Assembly (NCBI GenBank): GCA_963830915.1
Contig: CAWHOE010000006.1
Location: forward strand, 32,001-96,000
Length of the DNA: 64,000 nt
From: a candidate division FCPU426 bacterium
Lineage (GTDB): Bacteria; Oederibacteriota; Muellerivitia; Muellerivitales; Muellerivitaceae
Reading direction: 5' to 3'
In this document: piece after piece, positions 20,407-31,955 of the stretch
Layout of the letters: each line of letters begins with the position of its first letter
Numbering within the stretch: the first letter of the stretch is position 1
The notes under the pieces: model-generated
The model's input: only the letters and a program-made list of their open reading frames with translations
Told to the model about the DNA's origin: nothing
Database searches by the model: none
Made by a program: the position numbers and the translations under genes

Positions 20407-21690
20407 TTATTTCTTATAGAACTTCGCGTTGACATCCGCGGTCACCTTGGTCAAGGCCGCTTTCGCCGTCTCATCCCCGGTCCAGACCCGGTCCAGGGCG
20501 GATTCCACCATGGCCTTCCATTCGGTCACGTTGGGATCGAATGGTTGGAAGTGCCCGCTCTTCACCGAATCCACGAGGAAATTCTTGGATTTCGGGTCCT
20601 GCCCATCCAGGAAGGCCGGCGAGTCGGCCAGCGCCTTCATGGCGGGCTGGGTCAAGCCGGTGGCGGCCATGAGCTTCTGGCCCGTGGCGCCGGAGAGATA
20701 TTTCACCAGTTCGTAGGCCAGATCCGGATTTTTGCAGTTCTTCAGGATGCCGTATCCCGCGGCGCTCATGGGGAAAGCCCGGATGCCCGTGGGCCCGGCC
20801 GGGAACTCCACCACGTCCCATCCGAATGTCTTGATCTGGCGCATGGTCGGGACCTTCCAGATACCGCAGTAATACATGGCCACGGTACCGTTCATGAACA
20901 GGTCGGAGTTGCCCAACCCTCCCATGGCGGTCATGGCCGAGGGGCTCGGCATGACGCCGTACTTGTTAATGAGGTTCGACCTGAACTGGACACCCTCGAT
21001 GGCTTTCGGGTCATCCAGCGTACAGCGGGTGGGCTTCTTCTCGTTGTCCACCAGGCTCCCGCCGTTGGCGTAGACCCAGGCGTCCCAGATCACCCAATCG
21101 TCGATGAAGCCGTACTGGATCACCTTGCCCGCCGCGTCCTTCTTGGTAAGCTTCATGGCCGTGGCCAGGAATTGCTTGCGGTCCCAATCGTTCTTCGGAT
21201 AGGCCAACCCGGCCTCGTCGAATTTCTTCTTGTTGTAATAGATCACGTTGATGGGGGCGATATCCCGGGGCAGGACCTCCAGCATCCCGTCCGCGGTGTA
21301 ATGGTCGATGGCTTCCGGGTAGAAATCCGTCAGTTTGAGGGTGGTATCCTTGTCCACGTAGGGCTTCAGGTCCACGAACACCCCGCGGGTGGAGAAGGCG
21401 ACCATCTGTTCGGCGTTCACCGCCATCACGTCGGGGGCGATGCCCGCCGAGTACTGGGTGAGGACCTTGGTGATGTATTCGTTATAAGGCACCCGCTGCA
21501 TCTGCACCTCGACGCCCGGATGGACCTTGTTGAACTCGTTCACGGCGGCCTGGAGGATCTTGGCTTCCTCCACATCGCCCCAGCCGATGCATTTTAGCAC
21601 CACGCCGGAATCTTTCTTCGCGCAACTGGACATTCCCATCCCAACGGCGAACAGGGCCAGTACCAGGATCAACCGACCGAATCTTGTCAT
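20407..21690 (-). CDS. ABC transporter sugar-binding lipoprotein (extracellular solute-binding family 1)
   Basis: Lipobox MSS-C; FNKVHPGVEV, APDV, YYNKKKFDEAG motifs; GAGGAGG RBS before ATG 21690. Confidence 0.92.
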   Translation of the reverse strand: MTRFGRLILVLALFAVGMGMSSCAKKDSGVVLKCIGWGDVEEAKILQAAVNEFNKVHPGVEVQMQRVPYNEYITKVLTQYSAGIAPDVMAVNAEQMVAFSTRGVFVDLKPYVDKDTTLKLTDFYPEAIDHYTADGMLEVLPRDIAPINVIYYNKKKFDEAGLAYPKNDWDRKQFLATAMKLTKKDAAGKVIQYGFIDDWVIWDAWVYANGGSLVDNEKKPTRCTLDDPKAIEGVQFRSNLINKYGVMPSPSAMTAMGGLGNSDLFMNGTVAMYYCGIWKVPTMRQIKTFGWDVVEFPAGPTGIRAFPMSAAGYGILKNCKNPDLAYELVKYLSGATGQKLMAATGLTQPAMKALADSPAFLDGQDPKSKNFLVDSVKSGHFQPFDPNVTEWKAMVESALDRVWTGDETAKAALTKVTADVNAKFYKK

Positions 21691-21726
21691 CGTTCCCTCC
21701 TCGAAATAGAAAACCGCACGGACCAC

Positions 21727-21755
21727 ATTATACCTATACGGCTAAAACGGTTTAA
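21727..21755 (-). promoter_or_regulatory. -10 TATAAT with a LacI-type operator over the -35 region
   Basis: ATTATA at 21727-21732 (minus strand TATAAT); CTAAAACGGTTTAA at 21742-21755. Confidence 0.65.
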
Positions 21756-21798
21756 GTTAATTACGGACCCCAACCAACATGAAAAATAAAGGAACCGC

Positions 21799-24700
21799 TT
21801 AACGGACGACCAATAACTTGCCGATGGAACGGCCCGTGTTGGTGTGGACCACCACGTAATAGACGCCGCTGGCCAAGGGTTTCTTCCATTTATCCACCAG
21901 GGCGAGCGCGCAATCGGTCCCGCAAGGGATCTGGTAATAGGTGTTCTCCTGGACCTTCCGGAAGGCCGTGGTGAAAACCTGGATCTTCACGTCCGAGAGG
22001 CCGTAATAAGCGGGGGGTCTAACCCGGACCGGCACTGTGCCGTCCGCCGGATTGGGATAAACGACAGGAACGCTATAGAGGGGCGCGCTGGGTGTGCTGG
22101 TATCGGTCGGGGTCGAGGTCCAGGTGAAGGTATTGGTCACGGAGGGCGTGAAGGTCGGGGTGAAGGTCCAGGTCGGCGTCCAGGTCAGGGTAAATGTCGC
22201 GGTCCATGTAAAGGTCGGCGTCCAGGAAGGCGTGAAGGTCTTGGTGGGGGTATTGGTCACGGTGGCGGTGTTGGTCGGGGTGAAGGTATTCGTGGAAGTG
22301 GACGAATTGGTGGGCGTCATGGTCAGGGTGGGGGTATCGGTGACCGTGGCGGTGAAGGTCAGGGTGGGCGTATAGGTCAGGGTCGGGGTGTTGGAGGCTG
22401 TGGCCGTATCGGTCGAGGTGGCGGTCATGGTGGGAGTAAAGGTCAAGGTCGGGGTCAGGGTTTGGGTGGGCGTGAAGGTCATGGTCGGAGTATCGGTCAG
22501 GGTCGGGCTGTTGGTCGGCGTGGGCGAAAGGGTAGGGGTCTTGGTCGGGGTGGCCGTGAAGGTAAAGGTCGGGGTGGAGGTCAGGGTAGGCGTCAGGGTG
22601 ATGGTCGGGGTGGAGGTCGCCGTGAGAGTATCCGTGAGGGTCGAGGTGTTGGTGGGCGTGAAGGAATTGACCGGGGTATTGGTGGCCGTACTCGTGTCGG
22701 TGCTGGTCGGGGTCTTGGTCGAGGTGGACGTACCCGTATTGGTCGGGGACGGACTGTTGGTCGGACTGAGAGTGGGTGTTTGGGTAGGCGTCGAGGTGGC
22801 CGAGAAGGCGGAGGTCGGGCTGTTCGTGGGCGTGGAAGTGCCCGTGGGGGTTGGCGTGGCGGTGCTGGTATTGCCGGTGGTGGCCGAGGGTGTATAGGTG
22901 GAAGTCGCGGTAAGGGTCGGGGTCCAGGTCGGGAGGTCTCCCCCGACGCAAAGCGAGTCGATATAAAAATCACCCGTATAAGTTCCAGACCAACCGCCGG
23001 GAGGCGCGATCTTGACCCCAAGTTCCAGGATATCGGAATGATTATCGCCGGCCATCACGGAAACTGGGTAATTCACGTTGAAGGATAATGTCGTCCATCC
23101 ACCTTTTTGAAGATTGGTCCAAGGGCCGTTCTCCCAAACCCATCCCGCGCCCGACTTGATATAGAGATAACCTCCGGTCAAACCGCCGGTCGTGGTATTG
23201 CCGGGGGCGTCCAGGGGAGCGTAAACATGGGCCGTCAAGGTCTGGCCCACCAGGTCCACATACGAAGCAAGTGGAGAATCGGTTCCCACATTGCCGCCGT
23301 TCGTGTCGATGAAACTCACCGCGATCTGCAAAGAACCATTCCCGGCGTAAGCCTTGGTCGTGCTCTGGGTGGCGCCGGTGACCTCTCCATACAAGGTGGT
23401 CCAGCCTTGCACATTACCCGTTTGTTCCCAGTTATAACCGCAAGAATCGGCCGGATTGACCGTGGCTGTAGCGGTGGGGGTAGGCGTAGCCGTGGGCAGG
23501 ATAACCCCCGGAATATTGATGGAATCGATATAAATGGGTCCGGTCGTTCCCACATAGGGCGTCTCATTGAAGACCTGAACACCGAACTTATAGACCGGGG
23601 TGACAAAAGCCCCGGCGGTGGAAAGGTCCCAGGTCACCTGGGTCCATACCCCGGGTACCAACGCGGTCACGCTGCTGGTCACGAATATCCAGGAAACACC
23701 TTGTTGATAATTCATGAATAATTTGGCCCCGTAATTGGTGGCGGTGGCCGGGACCATGACCCAGGCCGAGGCGATACCGGAGGTGGCGGGCGAGACGTTC
23801 ATCACGTCGATGGCCGCGGTCGAGAGGGTCACAGCGCTGAAATTGACTGTCAGGGCCGTTCCGCCCGAGCCCAGATAAGCCGCCGGGGGGCCGCTCCAGA
23901 CCAAAGCCGTTCCTTGGGGTCCGATGGAGGTATCGTTCGCCCATCCCATGGTATTGACCTCGAAATTATAGAGGGAGGGATCGCTGGTGACCGGCGTATT
24001 GGTGATGGTGAAGGTCGCGGTAGGGGTATTGGTGGGAGGCAAGCTGGCCAGTGATATCTTGACCGCGATATCGGCGTTTCCCGTGGCGGGAATGGTGGTC
24101 GTCAAGGTCCCGCTGTTGGAAGTGACGGTGACCGGAGTGGCCAGGAAGGCCCCGGTCCAGGTGTTGTACCACTGGAGGGCGTAGGACCCGTTGCTCAGGC
24201 CCTGGAAAGTGAAGGTCTCGCCATCCACCACGCCGCCGCTATTCTTGTTCTGCACCCAAGCCACGCCAAAATTGGAGGTCTTCAAACCCCAGCCGTAGGA
24301 ATTGCCGCCGGACGCCGTAACCGTCGCCTGGCTGAGGGCCAGGGTTGAAAAGCTGATCCCGGACACGAAATTGCGGAGATTGAGCGTCTGGGTGAACATC
24401 CCAGCGGTCATGTCCGGCCAGGAGGAACCATCGCACCAGGTCAGGGCCGAGATGGCCGCGCCACCGGAGAAGGAACCCCAAAGACCGTTGTGGATGAAGG
24501 TAGGCTGGAGGCCTGAATTGTTCGTCCCGAATTCCCCGATGAGATTGGGCTTCACCTGGTTGTTCCACATGGAGACGCTCCAGTTGGCGGTCGTGGAACC
24601 GATGCCGATGGCGTCGCCCTCGGAGGCGTAGGTGTGCATGTCCGGCATGTCCACGATGGAATACCCATTGCTCCAGAATTGGTCCCCCGACTGGCTGGCG

Positions 24701-25683
24701 GCGGTCAAATGGTTGTAAGGATCGTTGGTCTTGAAGTAATTCTGCATGTTCTGCACCCAGGTCTCGCAGGCCGAGGACCCGACCGAACCCCAGGCGTCGA
24801 TGCTGTTGATCTCCGAGACGAAATCCCAGCACAAGAGGCTTTCGCTGTAACCCCACCGGGCGATCATGTAGCGGTAAGCGTTCTGCTGGTAGGACACCGC
24901 CGATGAGTTCGTGCAGAACTGGGTAGAACTGATGATGCTGTCGTAAGGATTGCTTCCCCAAGCCAGCGAGCTTTGCAGGATGTCATGGGGCCAGATGACG
25001 AAATCGATGTAGACGCCGTTCGAGTCGGCGGTGCTCAGGATGTTATCCAGCGCGGTGCAGGCGGTCTGGTCGTATTTACCCAGCCCGGAATTCTGGGATT
25101 CGATCAACCCATTGGAACCGTAGGTGCTGTTCCAGTAAAGCAGGACGTTCTCCCCGTTGGAGGCCATGGTGGAGAAGCTGGTCAAAGGGGTCCAGGCCCG
25201 ATCGTGGCCGATCCCGTAGAAAGCGGTGCTGTCGTCCAACTGAAGGTACCGGTTGTTCACCGAGGATTTCTCGACCCAGCCATGCGCCCCGCTGGCGTTC
25301 ACCGTCAAGGGCCGGGAAGCGGAGGAGATGGGCCCGCCGGTCGAGTCGGTCACCCGGACCACATAGTTATAGACACCCGTCTGTTTGGCGGCGAAACGAA
25401 TGAGCCACTGACTTCCGTTATAGAAACCATTCACGGTGATGGGGTTTCCAGCCGGAGGTGTGAAGATGGCGTTCAGGTCCACCCCTCCCTGGGCCGGGAT
25501 GGGATTGTAAGCGTTGGTCGTGGTCACGTTCATCGCGACCGTTACTTCAAACTTAGCGTACTTTCCGACCGGGTTGCTATTCTCCGAAAAAGAGGTAAAG
25601 GAAGGGGCGGCCAAAAGGGTTGTCACGCCCAAGAGGTAAAAAGCGGGAAACAAGATTAAACGTTTTAGTTGTTGGGTCGTCAT
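21799..25683 (-). CDS. Exported DUF5060 plus clan-A (GH5-like) glycoside hydrolase, two CBM-like modules, Thr stalk and C-terminal sorting domain
   Basis: Signal peptide; [29 protein letters not shown] (acid/base) and KPNLIGEFG (nucleophile); ends YPNP..ASGVYY..GKLLVVR*. Confidence 0.85.
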   Translation of the reverse strand: MTTQQLKRLILFPAFYLLGVTTLLAAPSFTSFSENSNPVGKYAKFEVTVAMNVTTTNAYNPIPAQGGVDLNAIFTPPAGNPITVNGFYNGSQWLIRFAAKQTGVYNYVVRVTDSTGGPISSASRPLTVNASGAHGWVEKSSVNNRYLQLDDSTAFYGIGHDRAWTPLTSFSTMASNGENVLLYWNSTYGSNGLIESQNSGLGKYDQTACTALDNILSTADSNGVYIDFVIWPHDILQSSLAWGSNPYDSIISSTQFCTNSSAVSYQQNAYRYMIARWGYSESLLCWDFVSEINSIDAWGSVGSSACETWVQNMQNYFKTNDPYNHLTAASQSGDQFWSNGYSIVDMPDMHTYASEGDAIGIGSTTANWSVSMWNNQVKPNLIGEFGTNNSGLQPTFIHNGLWGSFSGGAAISALTWCDGSSWPDMTAGMFTQTLNLRNFVSGISFSTLALSQATVTASGGNSYGWGLKTSNFGVAWVQNKNSGGVVDGETFTFQGLSNGSYALQWYNTWTGAFLATPVTVTSNSGTLTTTIPATGNADIAVKISLASLPPTNTPTATFTITNTPVTSDPSLYNFEVNTMGWANDTSIGPQGTALVWSGPPAAYLGSGGTALTVNFSAVTLSTAAIDVMNVSPATSGIASAWVMVPATATNYGAKLFMNYQQGVSWIFVTSSVTALVPGVWTQVTWDLSTAGAFVTPVYKFGVQVFNETPYVGTTGPIYIDSINIPGVILPTATPTPTATATVNPADSCGYNWEQTGNVQGWTTLYGEVTGATQSTTKAYAGNGSLQIAVSFIDTNGGNVGTDSPLASYVDLVGQTLTAHVYAPLDAPGNTTTGGLTGGYLYIKSGAGWVWENGPWTNLQKGGWTTLSFNVNYPVSVMAGDNHSDILELGVKIAPPGGWSGTYTGDFYIDSLCVGGDLPTWTPTLTATSTYTPSATTGNTSTATPTPTGTSTPTNSPTSAFSATSTPTQTPTLSPTNSPSPTNTGTSTSTKTPTSTDTSTATNTPVNSFTPTNTSTLTDTLTATSTPTITLTPTLTSTPTFTFTATPTKTPTLSPTPTNSPTLTDTPTMTFTPTQTLTPTLTFTPTMTATSTDTATASNTPTLTYTPTLTFTATVTDTPTLTMTPTNSSTSTNTFTPTNTATVTNTPTKTFTPSWTPTFTWTATFTLTWTPTWTFTPTFTPSVTNTFTWTSTPTDTSTPSAPLYSVPVVYPNPADGTVPVRVRPPAYYGLSDVKIQVFTTAFRKVQENTYYQIPCGTDCALALVDKWKKPLASGVYYVVVHTNTGRSIGKLLVVR

Positions 25684-25768
25684 ATACCTTCCTTGGGCCT
25701 TTGGATCGCGAAATAAGATGTGGTTTTAAGTTCCTGATCGACGTGTCAAAAGCGTTACAGGCCAGTCA

Positions 25769-25821
25769 TTAAATCGTTTTAATAGCTGATATAAACATAC
25801 CATTATTTTGGGGTTCGTCAA
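25769..25821 (-). promoter_or_regulatory. Promoter-operator cassette TTGACG-N16-TATGTT-N11-TTAAAACGATTTAA
   Basis: Same layout recurs at 42961 and 46802; a second operator-like site lies at 25655-25668 inside the gene start. Confidence 0.75.
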
Positions 25822-25866
25822 GCCTGCTTTAGGGTTTTTAGGGGTTTAAAAAGGGAGAAAACAAAT

Positions 25867-25901
25867 AAAAAAGGGCTCCCCGAGAGAATTCGGAGAGACC
25901 C
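25867..25901 (-). terminator. Intrinsic terminator
   Basis: Minus strand GGGTCTCTCCGA..TCGGGGAGCCC followed by T6, 20 nt after the stop at 25922. Confidence 0.7.
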
Positions 25902-25921
25902 GTATTTCCTCGATCCGGGCC

Positions 25922-28320
25922 TTACCAGCCCATGATGGTCCGAATATTGGTGTTTCCGTTGATGTAGGTCCCGGCATTGTCATCCAGGAAGTTCGCGATG
26001 ATCGTATGGCCCGCGATGGTCGGGTGGGTGTTGTCCCCCACGAATTCCCCGCTGGTCAGCAGGGCCGAGGGCGAGTTGAGCGAGACGTAATAGACCTTGG
26101 AGTCCCCGCCCGAATTGGCCTGCGTGACCACATCCTGGATATAGGTGCTGACCGGCGCTCCCATGGTCTCCACCCAGCTGGGGACAGGCTCGGAGCAGAA
26201 GATGACCGCGTTCGGGTAATCGGCCCGAAGTTGGGTCACGAAACCCGCGTAGGCCGTCTCCCATTCGCTCTGCGTGGGGATGGGCGTGGTCGAGAAGTCG
26301 TTGGTGCCCAGGGCGATATAGACCGCGTCCGCCTGCCAGTTCGAGAAATTCCAGAGGGGCGAGGCGTTATTGAAGTTCGTCCTGGGGAACACATCAGGAA
26401 GATGCAGTTGGGTCGGGGGCAAGGCTTCCCCGTAATTCCGATAGAGACCCCACCCTGACTTGGAGATGGTCCGCACCTCGGCGTTCACCATTCGGGCGAA
26501 CTGTGGCCCATAGGCCATCCATCCGTTCTCGTACATGGACGCTGAGTTGGTCGGGGACATTTCGTCACTGTAGCCGCAGGTGATGGAGTCCCCGATGAAC
26601 TCGATCTTGTGGGCCGGTCTCGCCGGCGGGGCCGCCAGGGTCGCGCTTGTATCAAGGGTGAACCCCCCGAACGTGCTGGTTCCGATACCTCCCTCGGTCA
26701 ATCTTTCCAGGAGGACCGAATGGGTTCCGTTCGCCAAACCTGTGGCCAGGCTGATCGCCTCCATATTGTAAGTGGCGGTGAAGGTCGTGGGCGTCCCGCC
26801 GTCGATGGAACAGGTAAAGTAATTGTATCCGCTGGCGGAGTCCGACATGCTCACCCCCAGGCTGGTCCCGTTGAAATTAGCCTCGATGTAGCAGTTCCCC
26901 CATCCGGCCGTCGGGGCCAGGGGCGCGGTGAAATCCCACCGGCCAAAATAAAGGATGTTGGGATCGTTGGCGTTGCCGGGTGTATAGATGACCGTGGGGG
27001 TTATGGTGGGGGAGTTGGTGTAAGTGGCCGTGGGCCCTCCCGGCGTCCAGGTCGGGGTGGGGCTGTTGGTCACGGTCGGGCTCAGCGTGTTCGTCGGCGT
27101 GGCCCCGCCGGTGATATTCACCGAGTCGATGTAGATGGTCCCAGTCCAGGAACCGGCGTAGGTACCGGGCGGCGCGAAGGCGACCCCGATGGCGTCCACA
27201 TTCGTCAGGTCAGGCGTACCGGCCGCTGTAAAGGCCGGATTGGAGGTATCGAAGGTCAAGGTATTCCAGGCGCCGGGCGTGAAATTGACCCAGGCGCTGT
27301 TCTGCCATACCCATCCCGTACCGCTCTGGATGTAGATATATCCCCCGCCCAGTCCGGAGACTGGATAATTGGCCGGCACCCAGACGTGGGCCGTGATGGT
27401 TTTCCCCGCCAGGTTGGTCACCAGCGGGGACTGGGTCCCTACCGACGTGCCCGTGCTTCCGTTGAAACTCACCCCGACCGCCAGGGAGTGGGTCCCCAGG
27501 AACGCCTCGGTCGTGGAATTGGTAATGGATGTCACCTCGCTGTTCAGGGACACCGACCAGCTCATGGTCGTGCCATCCTCGAAAGGATAGGTGCGAGGGT
27601 ATCCCCTCCCGCGGGGGTATTGGTGAAGGTGAAAGTATAGGTTTTGGTAGGGGTCGAGGTGGCCGCTGGATTGGTATTGGTCGGGGTCATGGAAAAGGTC
27701 GAAGTGGCCGTGGAAGTCGAGGTTCCGGTCGAACTATTGGTCGGGGTGGGGGTCAGGGAAGGCGTCACGCCCGGGGGCAAGGTATAGGTCAAGGTGGGCG
27801 ACAAGGTCACGGTGGGCGTGAAGGATAGGGTAGCCGTGTTGGTAGGCGTTCCCGTGAATGTGAAGGTAAAGGTGGGCGTATTGGAGGGTGTCACACCCGG
27901 GGGAAGGGTGTTGGTCACGGTTGGGGAAAGGGTGAAGGTCGGGGTATTGGTGAAGGTATTTGTCGGCCCGGCGGGAATGGTGTTGGTCGGGGTATAAGAG
28001 AAGGTGGGGGTATAAGTAACGGTAAAGGTGTAAGTGGAAGTCCCGGTGAACGTGAATGTGCTCGTGTACGGCGGGATGGCCGTAAAAGTGGGTGTGGCCG
28101 TGTCGACCGGCGTGATGGTACCCGATTGGGTCGGGGTGCCGTTAAGGGTGGAGGTATTGGTGGGGGTCCAGGTGTAGATCTTGTATTCGGGCACGGTGGG
28201 AACGACCGCCATTTGTCGGGAACAACCGACAGACAGGAGAAGGGTGATACCCCCCAGGATCCCGACGCTTGCCATGATCCGCCGTCCCATAGGACGGGAA
28301 GCTTTTTTGAATTCCTTCAT
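25922..28320 (-). CDS. Lipoprotein with Thr stalk, CBM59-like module and CE2-like SGNH acetylesterase; apparent frameshift near 27595
   Basis: ORFs 27562-28320 (lipobox SVG-C) and 25922-27565 join: the alternative frame reads YPFEDGTTMSW, matching YPFENGTTMGW in the neighbouring gene. GDSITCG, LGTND and DNTHP motifs; CE2-type N-domain YFGRW. Confidence 0.8.
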
Positions 28321-28324
28321 GACG

Positions 28325-31300
28325 TTACCTCAAGATGAGAAGTTTACTGATGCCACGGCCGCTGGAAGTGGTCACCACCACATAGTAAATACCATTGGAT
28401 AATGTCGCGTTCATCTTGTCCTTCAGGTCCAACGGACAATCCGTTCCCGCGGGTACCTGGGAGAACTTGCTTTCCTTGACCTTCCGGAACCCGATCGTGA
28501 ATATCTGGACCTTCACATCCGATACCCCGTGATAAGCGGGAGGCCGGACCAGGACCGGCACGGTCCCGTCCGCCGGGTTGGGATAAAGAACAGGCACACT
28601 TCCCGGAGTGGGGGTATTGGCCGGGGGAGTGCCCGTAGGTGTGTCGGTGATGGTGGGTGTGTCGGTGATCGTCGGGGTATCGGTGATCGTTGGCGTGTTG
28701 GTCGGCGTATAGGAAAGCGTGGGCGTGAAGGTGGAGGTGAAGGTATAGGTCGAGGTGAAGGTGTAGGTCCAGGTAGGGGTGTAGGTGGAGGTTTGGGTCC
28801 TGGTGAAGGTGTTGGTGCTGGTCCATATCTGGGTATCGGTCATGGTGGCGGTGAAAGTGGGCGTCCCGGAATCGGTTGGGGTCGCTGTCAGGGTCGGGGT
28901 GTAGGTTTGGGTCGGCGACAAGGTCGACGTGGCGCTGTTCGTGGGAGTACCCGAGTTGGTCGGGCTATAAGTCATCGTGGGCGTAGCCGAAGGCGTAGCG
29001 GTGAGGGACGCCGTAGGCGTCATCGAAACCGTCGCCGTGTTGGTCGGGGTATAGGAATTGACCGGAGTGCTGGTGGATGTGGCTGTGCCCGTGTTCGTGG
29101 AGGTCAAGGCAGTCGTCGCCGTGGGGGATGGGGTAGCGGTCGGGCTCAGGGTCCAGGTGGAGGTTGAGCCGGTGGTCGGGGTATTGGTCGGCGTCCCCGT
29201 ATTGCCTACGTCCACCGAATCGATATAGATATTGCCCATCCATGTCCCTGAGGGGATGAATAAACCGATGCCCAGAGCGACCACGTCGGTCAGGTCCGGC
29301 GTGCCGATGGTCGTGACCGGGCTGGCCGTATTGAAGGTGATCGTGGTCCAGGCGCCCGGCGTCAGGGTGAAAAGACCGCCTTGCTGCCAGGCCCATCCCG
29401 AACCGCTTTGGATATAGATGTCGGCGCTGCCGCCGGAGGGAAAGTTCGAGGGAACCCAAACCCGGGCCACGATCGTCTTACCCACCAGGTTGGTCACCAG
29501 GGGAGACTGGGTCCCGATACCGGTGGCGGTCGTACTGCTGTAATTCAGGCTGACCTGGAGCGAACGCGCCCCCCAGTAGGCTTCGGTCGTGGAATTGGCG
29601 ACCCCGGTCACCGTGTTGTTCAACGAAACTCCCCATCCCATGGTCGTCCCGTTCTCGAAGGGATAGAGGGTCGGGTCGCTGGAGGTGGCGGTAGGGGTGG
29701 GGGTAAAGGTGAAGGTGGCGGTGGCCGTATTGGTGGGGCTGTACCAGGTGCCGGTAGGGGTAGGGGTGGCGGTGAAATTGTTCACACCCGTACCTTGGAT
29801 ATAGATGGTATAGGGGGTTTTAGTGGAGGTGTTTGAGGGGATCTGCAGGATAGCCGTCCGCAGACCCATGGCTCCCGGCAGGAACTGGACCTGGAAAGTG
29901 GTGCTGGACCCAGGCGAAAGGACCGTCTGGGAGGGCTGGGTTACGACCGAGTAGTCGGAGGCGTTCGTCCCCAGGAACCTGATGTAGTTATTGGCCCCTC
30001 CCGTCAGGGTCAGGGGCGCTCCCGCGGCGGAATCGTTCTGGATGGTGAAGGTTTCGGTAACGGGCTGGGTCAAGCCCACGTTCCCGAAATCGGTCCCGTC
30101 GGTAGTCAAGGGCGTCAGGTTCATGTCCTGGATGGTGACACCCTTGCCCATCACGAATATGTTGGAAAAGTCATAGGTCTGGAAGGGCGACGCCAAATAA
30201 CCCTGGGTGTCCGAAAGATTGGCGATGGGACCCACCGGATCGACGGGATTGTAGTTCCAGGCGTAGCGCACCGAACCGGGACTGGGCACGGAAGGACTGC
30301 TCACGACGACCGTGTTGCCCGAGATCGTGGCGGTGGCCCAGACATAATTGGTGGTACCGACCGGGGCGATCTCGAAACAAGTGACCGGTTGGGCGTTGTT
30401 CGTGGAAAGTCCCGGGGTCCCGTTGGGGAAGGTGAAATAACAGGTGATCTGCGAGCCGTTGATCTGGTAGTGGTCGTACAGGGGACCAGTTTGGGTGAGA
30501 GGCGTGGAAGTCTGGCCGTAAACGACGCGCTGCATCCAGGGAACGAGCCTGGCGGCGAAGTCCTCCTTGTTGGGCGGATGATAGGCGTAAGCCGCGTTGC
30601 AATTGTACGCGTTGGGATTATCCCAGAAGTTGATGCTCATGCCCGTGAATGGCATTTTCAGGCAGTCGAACTGGCCCCACCGCACATCACCCCAAGGACT
30701 GTTCTGCAGGGGTTGGGAATCATCCGCCCAGGCCGGCTCGGTCAGGTCCGTGCAGCTGTTGTAGGTAGTGAGATTCTGCAACTGGACGACAAAAAAAGGC
30801 AGATTGGTATTCCACCACATGCGCCAGTCCCGGATCAGCGTCGCCATCAGGGTTTTGTAATCGGAGGATTGGATGTAGGGCCCCGTGCCCGACCCCAGAT
30901 TCCCGGCATTGGTCTCCCCCTGGTCCCAGGCGACCGCGCAGATGGTATAGGGCGTGACGGCGTAGATCATTCCGTTGAAGATGCCCGTCGGCCAAAAAGC
31001 GGAGGAACTTCCGGAGTAAGGGTGGCCCAGCGCGTTCGCCATCGCCGGTTCGTCCTGCAATCCCTGCAGGCTCACGAATTGCTCACAGCTCTGTCCGCCG
31101 TAGGCCGCCTCGATCAAACCGATGGGAATGTTCTCGGTTTGATAAAGGTCCCGGCCGAAATAAAAGGCAAGCCCGGAGAACATGGACATGGCGGCCGCGT
31201 TGGCGGGGGCGGGGCTGAACCAGTTGGTGCCAGCCGGGATGTCGGTGATCGGAGTTTGGGAGATGACATCCGGAAGATTGAGCAAGCGCATATTGGGAAA

Positions 31301-31801
31301 ATTAGCCGTAGCGGCGTCCGATCCGCCATTGGGAGTGCAAGCGAAGGTGACCGGCGGGGATCCAGCTTCGATGAACGTCAAGGGATACCACATATTGGAT
31401 TGACCGGAGCAAAGGTAAACATCCCCGACCACCACATTGGAGACGGAAACGGTGTTGGTTGGGCCTTGCGCCGTCAAAACCTGGCCGCTGGAGTTGGCGG
31501 TCATGGAAGCCAATGTCACGGCCCAGGAACCTGAGCTATTGGCCGCGCCCGAAACGGTTTGCCCATTGAAAGTGACCGTAACGGCCTCGCCCGAGTTGCC
31601 CGTGCCATAAACACGGACGGGAGTATTGCGTTGAAGGATGGCGTTGTTGTTGAAGATGTTGGCGAAAGCGATGGTGGCGGAGGCTGGATCCGTTATCGAA
31701 AAGACTAACAGCCCAAGTAATAAGAGGGTCATCGGCTTGAATAAATGGGACTCTGGTTTGAGCCTTCTGGCCTTGATAGGGTTCATTTCATTTCGATGCA
31801 T
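28325..31801 (-). CDS. Exported sialate O-acetylesterase-like (SASA) carbohydrate esterase with Ig domain, CBM59-like module, Thr stalk and sorting domain
   Basis: LQRNTPVRVYG, GDVYLCSGQSNM, WDQGETN, PFFVVQL, HPPNK and VRYAW; DFGNV..TFTIQN Ig domain; ends YPNP..NGIYY..SKLLILR*. Confidence 0.88.
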   Translation of the reverse strand: MHRNEMNPIKARRLKPESHLFKPMTLLLLGLLVFSITDPASATIAFANIFNNNAILQRNTPVRVYGTGNSGEAVTVTFNGQTVSGAANSSGSWAVTLASMTANSSGQVLTAQGPTNTVSVSNVVVGDVYLCSGQSNMWYPLTFIEAGSPPVTFACTPNGGSDAATANFPNMRLLNLPDVISQTPITDIPAGTNWFSPAPANAAAMSMFSGLAFYFGRDLYQTENIPIGLIEAAYGGQSCEQFVSLQGLQDEPAMANALGHPYSGSSSAFWPTGIFNGMIYAVTPYTICAVAWDQGETNAGNLGSGTGPYIQSSDYKTLMATLIRDWRMWWNTNLPFFVVQLQNLTTYNSCTDLTEPAWADDSQPLQNSPWGDVRWGQFDCLKMPFTGMSINFWDNPNAYNCNAAYAYHPPNKEDFAARLVPWMQRVVYGQTSTPLTQTGPLYDHYQINGSQITCYFTFPNGTPGLSTNNAQPVTCFEIAPVGTTNYVWATATISGNTVVVSSPSVPSPGSVRYAWNYNPVDPVGPIANLSDTQGYLASPFQTYDFSNIFVMGKGVTIQDMNLTPLTTDGTDFGNVGLTQPVTETFTIQNDSAAGAPLTLTGGANNYIRFLGTNASDYSVVTQPSQTVLSPGSSTTFQVQFLPGAMGLRTAILQIPSNTSTKTPYTIYIQGTGVNNFTATPTPTGTWYSPTNTATATFTFTPTPTATSSDPTLYPFENGTTMGWGVSLNNTVTGVANSTTEAYWGARSLQVSLNYSSTTATGIGTQSPLVTNLVGKTIVARVWVPSNFPSGGSADIYIQSGSGWAWQQGGLFTLTPGAWTTITFNTASPVTTIGTPDLTDVVALGIGLFIPSGTWMGNIYIDSVDVGNTGTPTNTPTTGSTSTWTLSPTATPSPTATTALTSTNTGTATSTSTPVNSYTPTNTATVSMTPTASLTATPSATPTMTYSPTNSGTPTNSATSTLSPTQTYTPTLTATPTDSGTPTFTATMTDTQIWTSTNTFTRTQTSTYTPTWTYTFTSTYTFTSTFTPTLSYTPTNTPTITDTPTITDTPTITDTPTGTPPANTPTPGSVPVLYPNPADGTVPVLVRPPAYHGVSDVKVQIFTIGFRKVKESKFSQVPAGTDCPLDLKDKMNATLSNGIYYVVVTTSSGRGISKLLILR

Positions 31802-31845
31802 TTCCTGCCCCTTAAGGGAACCTAGGATCGGACTCGGACCATTAC

Positions 31846-31914
31846 TTAAAACGTTTTAACTATAGATTAAATATACCTCTCCTTTATTTTTCCGGAGGGA
31901 AAAAACGTTTTTTC
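31846..31914. promoter_or_regulatory. Two perfect palindromic operator-like sites
   Basis: TTAAAACGTTTTAA (31846-31859) and GAAAAAACGTTTTTTC (31899-31914), between the LacI gene and the esterase gene. Confidence 0.75.
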
Positions 31915-31955
31915 TAGCTATTTAAAAAGGGGGAAGCAGGGGTGTTTTCCTGATT

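Noticed and set aside
20395..21597. 400-aa plus-strand ORF and similar ones opposite GH44, the esterases and the DUF11 genes
   Set aside because: Typical high-GC antisense frames with no recognisable motifs.
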